Below the pieces are notes generated by a model. The model was not told the origin of the DNA. It was given only the letters and a program-made list of their open reading frames with translations, and ran no database searches. Made by a program: the position numbers and the translations under genes. Positions 1-8,787 of a DNA stretch of 28,796 bases are shown in pieces. Source of the DNA: Nitrososphaeraceae archaeon (GTDB taxonomy: Archaea > Thermoproteota > Nitrososphaeria > Nitrososphaerales > Nitrososphaeraceae); contig JBIOZG010000038.1 of assembly GCA_044870765.1 (NCBI GenBank), forward strand, positions 1 to 28,796. Direction: 5' to 3'. Every line of letters starts with the position of its first letter. Positions within the stretch are counted from its first letter, which is position 1.

Positions 1-117
1 GGTACAGCTGATGTTAGATTAGTCATATTTCCAAGAGCTGGTACAGCTGATGTTAGATTAGTCATATTTCCAAGAGCTGGTACAGCTGATGTTAGATTAG
101 TCATATTTCCAGGAGCT
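1..117. repeat. 39-bp tandem repeat, at least 3 copies (coding; GNMTNLTSAVPAL)
   Basis: GGTACAGCTGATGTTAGATTAGTCATATTTCCAAGAGCT at 1-39 and 40-78, and at 79-117 with one mismatch; cut by the window edge. Confidence 0.97.
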
Positions 118-515
118 GGCAAATTCAATGTTACATTAGTAGTCAGGTTGGCTAGGGGGGCCAAAATACTCGAAGAATTTATTGTTCCTTCTACCAGTTT
201 ACCTTCAACTAATCCTGATGGTTCTGTTGAATTTAATAATGATACAAGTACTTGTCCATTTTCTGAATCATCGCCTTTGTACAGGGATACACCTGTAACT
301 TTGTCTAGAGATGTAACATTTATTTGATATTTGAGACTACTATCGTTACCAGCAATAAGAGCGCTACCAGTAGATTCGCTGAAAATGGGAGGTACTTCAG
401 CTTCGCCCACCAAATCTGTCCTAAAACTAAGCTGTGCAAAGCCAACATTAACAGTCAAAATAAACGCCAAAACCCCTAAAATGGCAGCAGCGACTAAATA
501 ACTTGAATTGTTCAT
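1..515 (-). CDS. Secreted CHRD-like domain protein with 13-aa tandem repeats (runs off the window at its 3' end)
   Basis: Manual translation from ATG at 515: MNNSSYLVAAAILGVLAFILTVNVGFAQLSFRTDLVGEAEVPPIFSESTGSALIAGNDSSLKYQINVT...ENGQVLVSL...GTINSS..., open to base 1. Signal-peptide-like N-terminus; L-G-x-x-EVPP...TG-A...Y-I-V...ENG-V-V-L pattern of CHRD domains. Not in the ORF track. Confidence 0.8.
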   Translation of the reverse strand, partial: MNNSSYLVAAAILGVLAFILTVNVGFAQLSFRTDLVGEAEVPPIFSESTGSALIAGNDSSLKYQINVTSLDKVTGVSLYKGDDSENGQVLVSLLNSTEPSGLVEGKLVEGTINSSSILAPLANLTTNVTLNLPAPGNMTNLTSAVPALGNMTNLTSAVPALGNMTNLTSAV

Positions 516-727
516 GACTATTGTTTACTTAACCCTTATAAAAAAATTATGAAATCTAATTATATGTGACAATAAATAAAAGGCAAAAGGAACTCTTATG
601 ATAAATAATCAACCTGAAAATATTGGATGCTTGAAAGCTTATTACTATTTTTTAGTAAATTTATCAATTTTCACTTAAAAATTATCACATGGACATGGAC
701 CATTTAGAATTTAGATTTCTATTCATG

Positions 728-1777
728 TTACTTGTCTTTTAATATTTGCTTTAAAGCATCAACCAAGCCATCTGCATATCCAATCGACAAAACTGCCAGC
801 TCCATCCTTCCTTGCCTCAAGAATTGAATTGCATCATCCAAATAATATTCTGCATTTTCAAGCAATTCCAATTGTGCCTTACTTTCACTTTTAGAACCAA
901 TAGATTCTCTAACTTGTTTAATTTCATTTCGGATCATTGGTTCGTACTTGTTTATCATTTGAGTGGAAATATTTTCAAGTCTCTCCGTGTTGTCCGTAGG
1001 TTTGTCCAAAACCTCGGTCAAATTTATTAATGCTTCCTCCTCTGTAAAATGCAGGTTGGCTGGAAATATGATAGAATGAGGCCCCTTATCGTAATCAACA
1101 GCTAAAAGGGATTTGATGCTGCCACTGAATATTTTTTGGTCATCACAGCCAATTCTAGAAGCTACAATTAAGAATGTGTCTTCTGAAACAATTCCATATT
1201 TGATGTCCTTTTCGACTTCGAGTAATTTTGAGATTGCATGATTTGGTTTCAAGAAAAATTCTGAACCATCTTCACACTGCCTATACTCAGTTAGAATAAT
1301 TGTATGACAATTCAGGTTTAGATTGCCAAAAACAGTACCATATACGCTTACTGCGGATTGCTTTTCTTCCATTATTGTAACCAATTTTCCTATCTTGTAG
1401 ATCTGCAAGCCGCATTCGCCCACAATAGAAGTTATACCTGAAGCGGCATGTAGGACTTTCACTTGTATGTTATTTTTTATCGCCCTTATTCTCAATTCCG
1501 TGAAGGTTGTTGCTATGGCCGGATCTCCATAGCTTATCAATCCAACATTTAAAGTCCTCGATTCTTCCAATAATTGTCTTCCATCTTCTACAAACCACCT
1601 TTTTACAAATTCGATTTTTTTTTCGGGTCCTATGGCTGACTTGACAATTTTGATAAAGTTGCCGGAAAGCGGTGAGGTGAATTTCTCGACGTACACTTTA
1701 TCACAATTTTTCAATATTTCAATCGAATTGCTCGTTTCAAAAGTATCATAGATTCCGGTTCCAAGCAAATACAGCAT
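728..1777 (-). CDS. dph5: Diphthine synthase with C-terminal DUF357-like domain
   Basis: MLYLLGTG start, VYVEKFTS, YGDPAIATTF, HAASGITS, GLQIYKIGK and GPHSIIFPANLHFTE motifs; the C-terminal ENAEYYLDDA...LSIGYADGLVDAL resembles DUF357. Confidence 0.92.
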   Translation of the reverse strand: MLYLLGTGIYDTFETSNSIEILKNCDKVYVEKFTSPLSGNFIKIVKSAIGPEKKIEFVKRWFVEDGRQLLEESRTLNVGLISYGDPAIATTFTELRIRAIKNNIQVKVLHAASGITSIVGECGLQIYKIGKLVTIMEEKQSAVSVYGTVFGNLNLNCHTIILTEYRQCEDGSEFFLKPNHAISKLLEVEKDIKYGIVSEDTFLIVASRIGCDDQKIFSGSIKSLLAVDYDKGPHSIIFPANLHFTEEEALINLTEVLDKPTDNTERLENISTQMINKYEPMIRNEIKQVRESIGSKSESKAQLELLENAEYYLDDAIQFLRQGRMELAVLSIGYADGLVDALKQILKDK

Positions 1778-1786
1778 ATTAACTAT

Positions 1787-2914
1787 TCATTTGATACTGC
1801 TGGCCCTCTTATTATGGTGTAGTCTTGATGTGTGAAAAAGAGCCCTATTGTAAATTTCTATACATGTTAGATACGATTGTATCTCCACTCTTTCGTCCTT
1901 TGAATGTGAAACATGTGGTTCACCTGGTCCGTAAGTCACAACTGGTATATTTAGTGAATTTCCAAGCACATTCATATCCCCCGTTCCTGTCTTTTTTAGT
2001 AGTATGGGACGTATTTTACAAACGTCTAATATTGATAATGAAAGAGCTCTGACTATTGGTGATGAATGATCGGCTTCGAAGGGTTCTGTCATGTCCTCAA
2101 TTCGATAGGTAACTTTCACTTTCCGTATTTCCGAAATTTTCTCTATAGATTTGTCCAGGGAATCCAAGACTTCCAGGCACTTTACTCCGTTTGGTACTCT
2201 AATGTCAATGGTAATCTTACATTTTTGAGGTGTAACATTATGACTTGAACCGCCTGAAATTTCGGTGAGACTGAGAGTTACAGATTCACTCTTTTTATCA
2301 GTCTTGTTATATTTGGATGAAATTTCGTTACTAAGTATCTTCCACACTTCATATGCTTCTTCAATAGAATTCTTTGATAGCCACGGTGCGCTTGCATGAG
2401 CACTGTCAATGACATCGCAGGTAAGTCTTAAGGCGAGTCTTCCTTTATACGCTACAGTAATCTTATTAATTCCACTTGGTTCGCCAAAAATCGCGTAGTC
2501 AACGGACAACTTATTTTTGACCAATTCCTTAATTCCAGTAGCGTTCCCTTCCTCATCTACGACTCCCGCAAAAATTATCGTTCCACTTTGCTTGAATTCC
2601 GAGCACGCAAGAAGCATGGATATGAGTGGAGCTTTTGCATCTGAGGCTCCTCTGCCAAAAAGATATCCCGAATCAATCCTAACTGGTATCTGTCCTGGTA
2701 CAGTGTCCATATGTCCGCATAAGAGGATTTTTGGATCTCCACTTCCTTTAGTTGCTATCACATTTCCCACACTATCGATACTAACTCTTTCAAATCCTAA
2801 ATCATCCAAACATTTTTGCTTAATCAAGTTGGCAAGCTGTGCTTCTGATCTTGACGGTGTGTATATTTCAAGAGCCTTTTTTAATAATTCAATGGCATAC
2901 GCAGAAGAGATCAA
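1787..2914 (-). CDS. lysK: [LysW]-lysine/[LysW]-ornithine hydrolase (M20 family, LysK/ArgE-like)
   Basis: GHMDTVPG, GRGASDAK, DEEG, FGEPS and HSKDE M20 metal ligands; lies in the lysW cluster; TTG start. Confidence 0.9.
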   Translation of the reverse strand: MISSAYAIELLKKALEIYTPSRSEAQLANLIKQKCLDDLGFERVSIDSVGNVIATKGSGDPKILLCGHMDTVPGQIPVRIDSGYLFGRGASDAKAPLISMLLACSEFKQSGTIIFAGVVDEEGNATGIKELVKNKLSVDYAIFGEPSGINKITVAYKGRLALRLTCDVIDSAHASAPWLSKNSIEEAYEVWKILSNEISSKYNKTDKKSESVTLSLTEISGGSSHNVTPQKCKITIDIRVPNGVKCLEVLDSLDKSIEKISEIRKVKVTYRIEDMTEPFEADHSSPIVRALSLSILDVCKIRPILLKKTGTGDMNVLGNSLNIPVVTYGPGEPHVSHSKDERVEIQSYLTCIEIYNRALFHTSRLHHNKRASSIK

Positions 2915-2923
2915 TTTTGCTAA

Positions 2924-3793
2924 TTACTTATTCGAGTTTACAAGATGATCTATAATAAGAGAAGGAATATCAACTTCAGTAACCCTTACAGTATTCTTGA
3001 ATTCTGTAGTATTGTTTACTTCATGAACAAGCAAACCATTATCATCACTTTCCATTAGATCTACTCCCAAAATCTCCCCTTTCATGGTCTTTGCTGCTCT
3101 TAAACAAATATCTTCCATTTCGTTGGTTACTTTACAGGTTTCTGCCTTTCCACCAAGCGCCATATTTGTTTTCCATTCATTGTTTCCGGAGTATCTGTAG
3201 ATTGCAGCGACCACTTTATCTCCAACTACTATGCTTCTAATGTCTCTAGGGGGTCTTTTCACAAACTCCTCAAAATAAAATACATGATAAAGTGGGTACA
3301 TATGTTCTCTGTCCTCAATCACCGCTTCCGCTGCCTCTTTATCCTTCAATAGCGCTATCATCCTTCCCCAACTGCCTACTACAGGTTTGATAACCTTTGG
3401 ATAACCGTTCTTATCTAGGATACTCATAGCAGATTGATTCGAAAATGCACAATAAGCTTTGGGAATGGCTATCCCTGATTTTGACAATTCCATATGAGTG
3501 AACAATTTATTTCCGCACATTATGGCGGTATAAAGAGAGTTAATCACTTTTGCTCCAAGTCCCTCAAAAGCAGCAGTCGAATGCAGATTATTATAATAGC
3601 TCACACATCTCTGCAAGATAATGTCGTCGCAATAGATGGATTTATCCTTGTCGAGCTCAATCGAATTTTCTCTACAATTGATAACCTCTAGATTGATATC
3701 TCTTTTTTTCGCAGTTTCGATTAACGATTTTTCTTCCCATCTTAGTTGATCATAAAGAATGAAAAAGGAAGTTTTGTTTTTATTCCCTTTCAC
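2924..3793 (-). CDS. lysX: Alpha-aminoadipate--LysW ligase (RimK-family ATP-grasp)
   Basis: RWEEK, KPVVGSWGR, RDIR, WKTNMALGG and EVNNTTEFKN motifs; directly follows hcs-lysW1. Start placed at GTG 3793 (GTGA overlap with the lysW1 stop); the ORF track uses TTG 3802. Confidence 0.9.
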   Translation of the reverse strand: MKGNKNKTSFFILYDQLRWEEKSLIETAKKRDINLEVINCRENSIELDKDKSIYCDDIILQRCVSYYNNLHSTAAFEGLGAKVINSLYTAIMCGNKLFTHMELSKSGIAIPKAYCAFSNQSAMSILDKNGYPKVIKPVVGSWGRMIALLKDKEAAEAVIEDREHMYPLYHVFYFEEFVKRPPRDIRSIVVGDKVVAAIYRYSGNNEWKTNMALGGKAETCKVTNEMEDICLRAAKTMKGEILGVDLMESDDNGLLVHEVNNTTEFKNTVRVTEVDIPSLIIDHLVNSNK

Positions 3794-3957
3794 TCTCCCC
3801 AATCCTCTCCGACAGACTGTGCAGGTCTGATGGCGAACCCATCGTTTGACTTGATTAATTCATAACTTGCGCCGCAATCAGGACACGTCACAATTTCGTT
3901 TTCCATGGCATCACTGGGAATTTTGATTTCTGCATCGCATTCAGTACATTTTATCAT
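3790..3957 (-). CDS. lysW: Amino-group carrier protein LysW (copy 1, canonical EDWGE end), 55 aa
   Basis: Manual translation MIKCTECDAEIKIPSDAMENEIVTCPDCGASYELIKSNDGFAIRPAQSVGEDWGE*; two CxxC pairs; AGGAG ribosome-binding site at 3964-3968. Below the ORF-track size cut-off. Confidence 0.96.
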   Translation of the reverse strand: MIKCTECDAEIKIPSDAMENEIVTCPDCGASYELIKSNDGFAIRPAQSVGEDWGE

Positions 3958-3968
3958 TACTATCTCCT

Positions 3969-5162
3969 CTACTTTGATAATGCATCGTTAAGTATTTTTC
4001 TTTCTAATCTTTCGTCAAGGTATAATTCCAATATATCACCCATACGTAATTCTTTCAAACCTTTGGCCATTTTTTCGGCCTCAACTTTTGAAGATTCAAG
4101 TCCCAAAAGAGAAAGCAAATATGCTGCGCCATTTTTTCCTGCAAGCTCACCAAAGACTATTTTTCTCCTGTTTCCCACTAAATGAGGTTCAAGGATTTCA
4201 TATGCCGATGGATTCTGCAAAATGGCAGCTAGGTGCGTACCTGCCTTGTGTTTATAAGCACTTTCTCCAACTATTGGCTTGGATTCTGGTGTTTCAATAT
4301 GTGTGTAATCTACAATTGTTCTTGAAAGATCTTTTAACATGTGCAATCTAAAATCATTTGGCATTCCATAAATGACGGATAAAGCGACTGCTGTCTCGGC
4401 TAGGGATGGAATTCCTGTTCTTTCACCAAACCCATCTATGGTTGTGTGAATTTGATTGGCTCCAGCTTCGCATCCTGCAAGTGCATTAGCGAGTGCAAGG
4501 CCTACATCATTATGGCAATGTACGTCTAGCGATGAAATACTTGTGTCAATATTATCATGTACCATCTTTACCAGGTTGTACATCCCTTGCGGGCGCATTA
4601 TTCCTACAGTATCCGGAATACTTATTCTTTCGATTCCTCGAGAATTCATTTCTTTGCACATTTCAATCAGAAATAATGGATCCGTTCTGCTTGCGTCTTC
4701 CATTGTAAAACGAGATTTCAATCCATGTGATTTTATAAAGTCCGCAACTTCAAGAGCTCTAACTTTGGCTTCTTCTCTCGAGATTTTCAACTTTGTGGCA
4801 AGATGGATGTCCGAGATTCCCATATATGTTGCGACCCATGTTGCATTACAGTCAATTGCGACTTCTACATCTGATTTTAGGGCTCTCACATGAGCCAAAA
4901 TGTCTGCCTTCAGCCCTTGTTTGATAATTGTCTTGGTCGCTTCGAAATGGTCATGCGATACAACGGGACTTATTTCGATTTGGTTCACACCAAACGAATC
5001 TAATAGCCAGGCAATCTGTATTCTTTGTTTAATTGTAAACGAAACTCCAGGATGCTGCTCTCCTTCACGCAGTGTTGAATCAAGTATCCTTATCTCCTTA
5101 TTCGTTATTGTTTTATTGTACATGTTCGCAAAATGGTTAGGATCATCTGAAATTAGTGACAT
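3969..5162 (-). CDS. hcs: Homocitrate synthase (LeuA/DRE-TIM family)
   Basis: DSTLREGEQ, IPDTVG, HCHNDVG, GFGERTG and HKAGTH motifs; lacks the long LeuA regulatory tail. Specificity is inferred from its position before lysW-lysX-lysK. Confidence 0.82.
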   Translation of the reverse strand: MSLISDDPNHFANMYNKTITNKEIRILDSTLREGEQHPGVSFTIKQRIQIAWLLDSFGVNQIEISPVVSHDHFEATKTIIKQGLKADILAHVRALKSDVEVAIDCNATWVATYMGISDIHLATKLKISREEAKVRALEVADFIKSHGLKSRFTMEDASRTDPLFLIEMCKEMNSRGIERISIPDTVGIMRPQGMYNLVKMVHDNIDTSISSLDVHCHNDVGLALANALAGCEAGANQIHTTIDGFGERTGIPSLAETAVALSVIYGMPNDFRLHMLKDLSRTIVDYTHIETPESKPIVGESAYKHKAGTHLAAILQNPSAYEILEPHLVGNRRKIVFGELAGKNGAAYLLSLLGLESSKVEAEKMAKGLKELRMGDILELYLDERLERKILNDALSK

Positions 5163-5192
5163 TTATGTTGAATAAAACATTATTTCGAATAG

Positions 5193-5208
5193 AATATAAA
5201 TCTTTTCG
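5193..5208 (-). promoter_or_regulatory. Archaeal BRE-TATA promoter for hcs-lysW1-lysX-lysK
   Basis: Minus strand CGAAAAG-A-TTTATATT, with the TATA element about 30 nt upstream of the hcs ATG. Confidence 0.65.
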
Positions 5209-5227
5209 GCTTTCGTGTAAAATTCAG

Positions 5228-5650
5228 CTAGGTAAGCGTTCTCAATATTATCACTGTATCCGTATTTGACACTCCCTGTATTCTTCTTATTTCGTCAATA
5301 CTACTATTAATTTCGTTTATAGAGTCTGCTGATATAATCACGGCTACATCATATTGTCCAGTTATTTCATAAATAACCTTAACACCATCGATGTCTTGCA
5401 ATTTAGAAGCAACTGAATTTGTGTCAGTTGTGGAGCTGACAGAAAGCAAAGTTATTGCGCTAGTTTTCTTGCTAGAATTTTCTTCAATCGTAAATCTCGA
5501 TATTATCCCATTATCAATTAAATTCTTAATCCTTCGTCTTATTGCAGATTCCGATAATCCCAGCTCCTTCCCAATATCTACAAATGATTTTCTAGAATCC
5601 ACTCGCAAAATCTCTAAGATTCGCTGGTCAAATTCATTTTCTTTGGACAT
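5228..5650 (-). CDS. lysM: Lrp/AsnC-family transcriptional regulator LysM
   Basis: DQRILEILRVDSRKSFVDIGKELGLSESAIRRRI HTH and YEITGQYD RAM-domain motif; start taken at ATG 5650, overlapping the end of lysJ. Confidence 0.88.
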   Translation of the reverse strand: MSKENEFDQRILEILRVDSRKSFVDIGKELGLSESAIRRRIKNLIDNGIISRFTIEENSSKKTSAITLLSVSSTTDTNSVASKLQDIDGVKVIYEITGQYDVAVIISADSINEINSSIDEIRRIQGVSNTDTVIILRTLT

Positions 5651-6824
5651 TACGCCTCTTCTCCTCTTCACTTAAGATATCATCCATTATTTCAACAGCT
5701 CTGCTCACTTGCTCCTTCTTCATAACTAAAGGTGGAAGTAGCCGAATTACTGTTCTTCCAGAGTATAACATCAAAAGCCCATTTTTTATTCCATCCATCA
5801 ATATATCTCTGACATCGAACCGTGATTCTAAGGCAAGCATCATTCCCATGCCTCTGACATCTCTTATTATGGGATGCTTTTCCTTCAATTCAATGAGCTT
5901 ATCTTTGAAATACCTTCCTGTGTCTGAGGCTCTTGAGGGCAAGTCTTTTTTTATTATTGTGTCAATCGTGGCACTTCCTGCCGAGCACGCAATCGGATTT
6001 CCAGCAAAGGTTGAAGAATGTTCTCCTACGTTCATACAGTTGGCAATTTCCTCCTTAACAAATGTTACACCAGCAGGAACTCCAGAAGCCACTCCCTTTG
6101 CTACACACATTATATCAGGAACAGCGTTCCAATTTTGGCCGGCCCACATTTTTCCTGTTCGTCCAAGCCCGGTCTGAATTTCGTCAAATATCAACACTAG
6201 GTTTTTTTCTGTACATACTTCTCTTACTGCCTTCACATAATCTTCTGGCGGCATAATTATGCCAGATTCCCCTTGAATTGGTTCGACGATCACAGTACCA
6301 ATACTTTCATCTATGGCATCCGTAAGAGAAGATATATCTCCAAAAGGAACGAATTTTACTCCATCTAACAAAGGATTGAACGACTTACGATATTTTGCGT
6401 TATACGTGACAGACAGTGCACCAAACGTTTTCCCGTGATAACCACCATACATGGAAATAACCCCATTTTTTTGTGAAAATTTTCGTGAGAATTTTAATGC
6501 AGCCTCTATAGATTCAGCTCCACTATTACTAAAGAAAATCTTCCCGAGGTTATCAGGTGATATAGATTTTAACTTTGACAGAAATTCTAGTCTGCTATCA
6601 TTGTAGGTAGACATATGGCATACCATGATCCTGTTTATTTGCAATGTTATTGCATTAATGACATCTCTATTGCAATGTCCTATGATAGCGACCCCATATC
6701 CGCCCATACAGTCAATGTATTCCTTTCCTGATGTGTCCCAAATTGTTGCATCTTGGGCTCTATCGATAGTAACAGGAAATCTTTGATATAGATTTATCAA
6801 AAATGCGTCTTCATTGAGATTCAA
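5634..6824 (-). CDS. lysJ: [LysW]-aminoadipate semialdehyde/glutamate semialdehyde transaminase (LysJ/ArgD)
   Basis: Class-III PLP motifs NSGAES, YHGKT, EPIQGESG, FDEIQTGLGRTG, AKG and STFAGNP; start taken at TTG 6824 (TTGA overlap with the lysZ stop). Confidence 0.9.
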   Translation of the reverse strand: MNLNEDAFLINLYQRFPVTIDRAQDATIWDTSGKEYIDCMGGYGVAIIGHCNRDVINAITLQINRIMVCHMSTYNDSRLEFLSKLKSISPDNLGKIFFSNSGAESIEAALKFSRKFSQKNGVISMYGGYHGKTFGALSVTYNAKYRKSFNPLLDGVKFVPFGDISSLTDAIDESIGTVIVEPIQGESGIIMPPEDYVKAVREVCTEKNLVLIFDEIQTGLGRTGKMWAGQNWNAVPDIMCVAKGVASGVPAGVTFVKEEIANCMNVGEHSSTFAGNPIACSAGSATIDTIIKKDLPSRASDTGRYFKDKLIELKEKHPIIRDVRGMGMMLALESRFDVRDILMDGIKNGLLMLYSGRTVIRLLPPLVMKKEQVSRAVEIMDDILSEEEKRRNVQRK

Positions 6825-7621
6825 TTCGAGATCACCGTACAATTTGTATGATTTATTGCTGACATAATCGGGTTAGATATCTTCCCTGACGATATTATCA
6901 CTTCTTTAGCCCCTATCAATAGGGCTTCTGTGCTAGCCAATATCTTTTTTTCCATTCCAAATCCTATTTTCGGCAACTGCTCTTTTGCCTCATCTCTGGT
7001 AAGTTTTTTCACCAGTTTGTCTTCTAAATGTAAGCCGTTTACATTAGTTAAAAAAATGACCTTATCTGCCTTTAGATTTCCGGCTATGTAAGCAGCGGCC
7101 CTGTCGCCATCGACATTTAAAAATTCATATTCTTCGCTCATTGCTATTGGGGATACCACAGGAACAAAGCCTCTTTCAGTGAGAGTGTACAAAAGAGACG
7201 TTTCAACAGAATTTATTTTTCCAGTATATCCCCCTTCAATAATCATTTTTCGCCCTTTTTCATTTAGCACTGTCAGCTTTGTTTTTCTTACTGCCTTCAA
7301 CATGTTATCATCTATTCCGGAAATCCCCACCGCTCTTATGCCTCCCTGGACTAGCATTCTGACAATTATCTTGTTTATTTTTCCAGACATTACCATAGTG
7401 TAAATTTCAGCCGTTTCCTTATCGGTGAATCTACTTCTTATTCCACTGGGAGAAACGATAAATTTCTGTTCCTTTCCAAGCTTTGTAGCGACATTGGTTA
7501 CTTCATTTCCTCCACCATGAATCAGTACTAGTTTCTCTTTTTGCGAAATTTGGCGAATATCATCAATTATTGATGGATGCAATTCATAGAGAACACTTCC
7601 ACCAAACTTTATGACAATCAT
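6821..7621 (-). CDS. lysZ: [LysW]-aminoadipate/[LysW]-glutamate kinase (LysZ/ArgB)
   Basis: IVIKFGGS, HGGG, SPSGIRSRFTD, LNVDGDRAAA and GMEKK motifs of LysZ-type kinases. Confidence 0.92.
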   Translation of the reverse strand: MIVIKFGGSVLYELHPSIIDDIRQISQKEKLVLIHGGGNEVTNVATKLGKEQKFIVSPSGIRSRFTDKETAEIYTMVMSGKINKIIVRMLVQGGIRAVGISGIDDNMLKAVRKTKLTVLNEKGRKMIIEGGYTGKINSVETSLLYTLTERGFVPVVSPIAMSEEYEFLNVDGDRAAAYIAGNLKADKVIFLTNVNGLHLEDKLVKKLTRDEAKEQLPKIGFGMEKKILASTEALLIGAKEVIISSGKISNPIMSAINHTNCTVISN

Positions 7622-8670
7622 ACCGGTGTTAATGGTGTATACCTGAGTCCATCAGTTTCACTGAACCCGCACATTAGATTCATGTTCTGCACGGCAGAAC
7701 CTGCAGCTCCCTTCATTAAATTATCCGAGGCTGAAAGTGCAACTATTCGGTTTGTGTTTTCATCCATATCGAAACCCACATCACAGAAATTAGAACCTAC
7801 AACGAATTTTGGATCAGGGAATTTATAGAATCCCTTTTTATCTCTTATTAGTCGAATGAAGGGTTCTTCCTTATACGAATTTCTATAAACCTTCCATAGT
7901 TCAAGCTCTGACATTGGTGAATTAAGAAATACATGATTTGTTGTTAATATTCCCCTTACTAGATTTACGGCATGAGGACTCATACTCACTTTAATTTTCT
8001 CACCTGATAGGATGCTTAATTCTTGTTCTATTTCACCTGTGTGTCTGTGTTTTGCGGGTTTATATGGTCTTATCACCCCATATCTCATTGCATGATGGGT
8101 TCCCGCGCTGTCATTCGAACCCGCGCCAGAAGAGCCTATTTTACTATCTACAATAATATGATCAGTATCAATCAATTTATTTTCAATTAATGGCTTTAGC
8201 GCCAAAATTGAGGTTACTGCCATGCACCCAGGACATGATACTAATTGTGCATCTTTGATTTTATTTCTATGAATCTCCGGAATGCCGTAAACTGATTTGG
8301 AAAGTAAATCAGGATAAGGATGTTCCCAACCATACCATTTTACATAATCGTCTGCATTCTTCAAACGGAAATCTGCTGATAGATCTACAATCTTTATTCC
8401 TGTACTGTATAATTCCTTGACTATGTTTAATGCGTTACCATGAGGAACAGATACAAATATCAAATCACATTGTTTTGTTAATTTGTCCAATTCCATCGAC
8501 GAGAATGTTAGATTTATGAAACCTTTCAAACTGGGATGTATTCTGTGGACGTACTCTCCTGCGTTCTGCCTAGAAGTTAAAACACTTAATTCAACATCCG
8601 GATGAACTACTAGCAACCGTAATAGTTCACCACCAACATATCCCGAAGCGCCGATTACTCCTACTTTCAT
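7618..8670 (-). CDS. argC: [LysW]-aminoacyl-phosphate reductase (ArgC/LysY)
   Basis: GASGYVGGEL, DLSADFR, catalytic PGC, HRHTGE, RGIL and DNLMKGAAGSAVQNMN motifs. Confidence 0.94.
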   Translation of the reverse strand: MKVGVIGASGYVGGELLRLLVVHPDVELSVLTSRQNAGEYVHRIHPSLKGFINLTFSSMELDKLTKQCDLIFVSVPHGNALNIVKELYSTGIKIVDLSADFRLKNADDYVKWYGWEHPYPDLLSKSVYGIPEIHRNKIKDAQLVSCPGCMAVTSILALKPLIENKLIDTDHIIVDSKIGSSGAGSNDSAGTHHAMRYGVIRPYKPAKHRHTGEIEQELSILSGEKIKVSMSPHAVNLVRGILTTNHVFLNSPMSELELWKVYRNSYKEEPFIRLIRDKKGFYKFPDPKFVVGSNFCDVGFDMDENTNRIVALSASDNLMKGAAGSAVQNMNLMCGFSETDGLRYTPLTPV

Positions 8671-8787
8671 TTCAATTTTTTCCTTTACCGAAATTTCTAC
8701 TATGACATCTTATGAATTTTGTTATCCAAAACGTAGCAATTGGTTGTGCCGCTTGCAGTTCTAGAGTATTTTTATTATAACACAATT

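Noticed and set aside
1-117. 39-bp repeats as a CRISPR array
   Set aside because: The units are head-to-tail with no spacers, in frame within a CDS, and no cas genes are present.
812-7828. Numerous 60-145 aa plus-strand ORFs opposite the lys/arg genes
   Set aside because: They lie antisense to well-supported genes and show no recognisable motifs.
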